This document shows positions 54,445 through 55,891 of a stretch of DNA of 55,891 nucleotides, piece by piece. The notes beneath the pieces were generated by a model. The model was not told where the DNA came from and did no database searches. It was given only the letters and a program-made list of their open reading frames with translations. The stretch is from Thermoanaerobaculia bacterium (GTDB taxonomy: Bacteria; Acidobacteriota; Thermoanaerobaculia; Gp7-AA8). Numbering within the stretch: position 1 is the stretch's first letter; each line of letters begins with the position of its first letter. The stretch spans positions 1-55,891 of the forward strand of contig DATIZY010000145.1 in the NCBI GenBank assembly GCA_035516895.1, in the 5' to 3' direction. The translations under genes and the position numbers were made by a program.

Positions 54445-55845
54445 ATGAAGGTTGCGTTTCTAAAGCCGCCGGTCGGCGGAATCCTCGGTTTGGAGATGCT
54501 GACGTTCGTCGAGCCGCTTGGCCCGATCTGCGTCGCGGCGTGCCTCGAGGAGCAGGGCCACCAGTGCGCGGTGTTCGATCTGCGCATCGACGGCGAGGAG
54601 CAGGGCCTCGCCAACTGCCGGGCGTTCGATCCCGACGTCGTCGGCCTGCAGTGCAATTTCACGACGGAGCGCAACCGCACTCTGCGGCTCGCCGCGCGCG
54701 TGAAGCGCGAGATGCCGCGCGCGTTCGTCGTCGCCGGCGGACACGACGCCTCACGCGACCCGCAGTGGTTCGAGCAAAACGCAGCCGAGGGCCGGTCCCC
54801 CATCGACATGATCGCGATCGGCGACGGCGAAGAGATCATGCCGATGATCGTCGATGCCCTCGCCCGCGGGCGCGATCCGCATTCGGTGCCGAATCCCGCG
54901 CCGATGCGCGCGAACCTCGACGAGTACCCGCTGCCGGCGCGCCATTTGATCAAACATTATAGTAACAATTATTATATCAATTTTCGGAAGCCGCTCGCGC
55001 TCATGGAAACCGCGCGCGGCTGCCCGTTCAAATGCAATTTCTGCTCGGTCTGGAAGTTTCACGACTCGACGTTCCGCGAGAAATCGCCGGAGCGCGTCGT
55101 CAAAGAGCTTCAGGAGATCGACGCGCCGAACGTCTTCATCACCGACGACATCTTCTGGATGAACGTCCGCCGCGGCGAGGAGATGGCGCGGCAGCTCAAA
55201 GCGGCGGGCATCAGGAAATTCTTCACCGTCCAGACGCGCACCGACATCATCTGCAAGTTCCCGCATCTGATCGAGATGTGGAAAGACTGCGGCAGCCTCG
55301 CGATTTTCCTCGGCCTCGAGGCCGTGACGGACGAGGGACTGAAGGCGGTCAACAAGAAAAACACCGCCGACAACAACGTTCGCGCGATCAACATCCTCAA
55401 GGAGCTCGGCGTCGGCTTCACGCCGAACTTCATCGTCGACCCGGCGTGGGACCGCGATGATTTTGCGCGGCTGCGCGACTGGATCGACACGATGGGCGCG
55501 TACAACAGCGGCTTCTCGATCCTCACGCCGCTGCCCGGCACGGACCTGTGGGACAGCGCGAAAGAGCAGGTCGTCACGCACGACTGGGAGATGTACGACA
55601 TCGTTCACGCGGTGCTGCCGACGAAGCTCTCCCTCGAAGAGTTCTACGACGAGTACTCGCGGCTGTGGCGGCACGCGCTCGAGGTGCGCTATCACTATCG
55701 CGGCAAACTGAAAACCTATCTGCAACTCGGCGCCGCGCTCGCCACGCGCAAAGTCACATTCGGTGCCGTGCGCAAAGGCATGAACATCGCGAAGGTGTTC
55801 TCGAACCCCGAGACGTTCCTGCGCGCGCACGCCGGCCGCCGTTGA
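54445..55845 (+). CDS. B12-binding-domain radical SAM protein
   Basis: N-terminal cobalamin-binding-like Rossmann region and the CxxxCxxC motif ARGCPFKCNFCS. Confidence 0.85.
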   Translation: MKVAFLKPPVGGILGLEMLTFVEPLGPICVAACLEEQGHQCAVFDLRIDGEEQGLANCRAFDPDVVGLQCNFTTERNRTLRLAARVKREMPRAFVVAGGHDASRDPQWFEQNAAEGRSPIDMIAIGDGEEIMPMIVDALARGRDPHSVPNPAPMRANLDEYPLPARHLIKHYSNNYYINFRKPLALMETARGCPFKCNFCSVWKFHDSTFREKSPERVVKELQEIDAPNVFITDDIFWMNVRRGEEMARQLKAAGIRKFFTVQTRTDIICKFPHLIEMWKDCGSLAIFLGLEAVTDEGLKAVNKKNTADNNVRAINILKELGVGFTPNFIVDPAWDRDDFARLRDWIDTMGAYNSGFSILTPLPGTDLWDSAKEQVVTHDWEMYDIVHAVLPTKLSLEEFYDEYSRLWRHALEVRYHYRGKLKTYLQLGAALATRKVTFGAVRKGMNIAKVFSNPETFLRAHAGRR

Positions 55846-55861
55846 CGCATTGAATCCCCGT

Positions 55862-55887
55862 GTAGGGCAGGGCTGCGCCCTGCCGAA
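55862..55887 (+). repeat. REP-like element (a partner may lie beyond the window end)
   Basis: GTAGGGCAGGGCTGCGCCCTGCCGAA. Stem GGCAGGG/CCCTGCC, with a compensatory change relative to GGCACGG/CCGTGCC. Confidence 0.8.
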
Positions 55888-55891
55888 TCCC

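Overview
GC-rich, densely packed bacterial chromosome segment. The gene content suggests an Acidobacteriota-like soil organism, but that is inference only. I call about 60 protein-coding genes, mostly housekeeping or envelope functions. They include an ALDH, an M2 peptidase, a complete MoxR-DUF58-BatA/B/C/D aerotolerance-type operon, rsmA, a Cu-ATPase, an acyl-CoA synthetase, prolyl oligopeptidase, treZ and an NRAMP cassette. Further along are threonine dehydratase, Mrp/ApbC, LOG, two DUF4388 proteins, a GGDEF cyclase, cca-rsmD-phoH-ybeY, the acyl-CoA mutase large subunit, carA, a Lol-type permease, murI, a sigma54 activator, pepA and a B12/radical-SAM enzyme. I found no rRNA, tRNA, CRISPR array, transposase or recognisable defence genes. 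Many long ORFs in the track are antisense or out-of-frame artefacts of high GC. Several listed ORFs carry spurious N-terminal extensions, which I trimmed to starts supported by SD sequences or start/stop overlaps. The structure not explained by genes is mainly non-coding. (1) A REP-like hairpin family (GTAGGGC-stem-CTGCG-stem-GAA) occurs at 7 loci, mostly as inverted pairs, with compensatory stem changes. (2) Tandem heptamer arrays recur at gene boundaries, often paired with their own inverted complement, and each locus uses a different heptamer. (3) A roughly 380-bp imperfect palindrome fills the ntrC-like/pepA divergent region. Its outer ends carry a promoter-like module (CTCAGGATAGACT) that also sits in front of moxR. 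Many genes have a -10-like hexamer 6-10 nt from the start codon and no SD, which suggests leaderless transcripts. (4) A 186-bp miniature element has Tn3-like GGGGTC... terminal inverted repeats, and a solo copy lies at the window edge. On the coding side, the points worth a second look are a divergent NRAMP (Met->Ala, His->Tyr in the TM6 signature) translationally coupled to two PRC-barrel proteins, and an 862-aa secreted protein with an internal ~240-aa duplication wedged between rsmA and copA. Short AT-rich codon islands inside otherwise GC-rich genes are a further oddity. All functional calls rest on motif recognition by eye. No database search was run.
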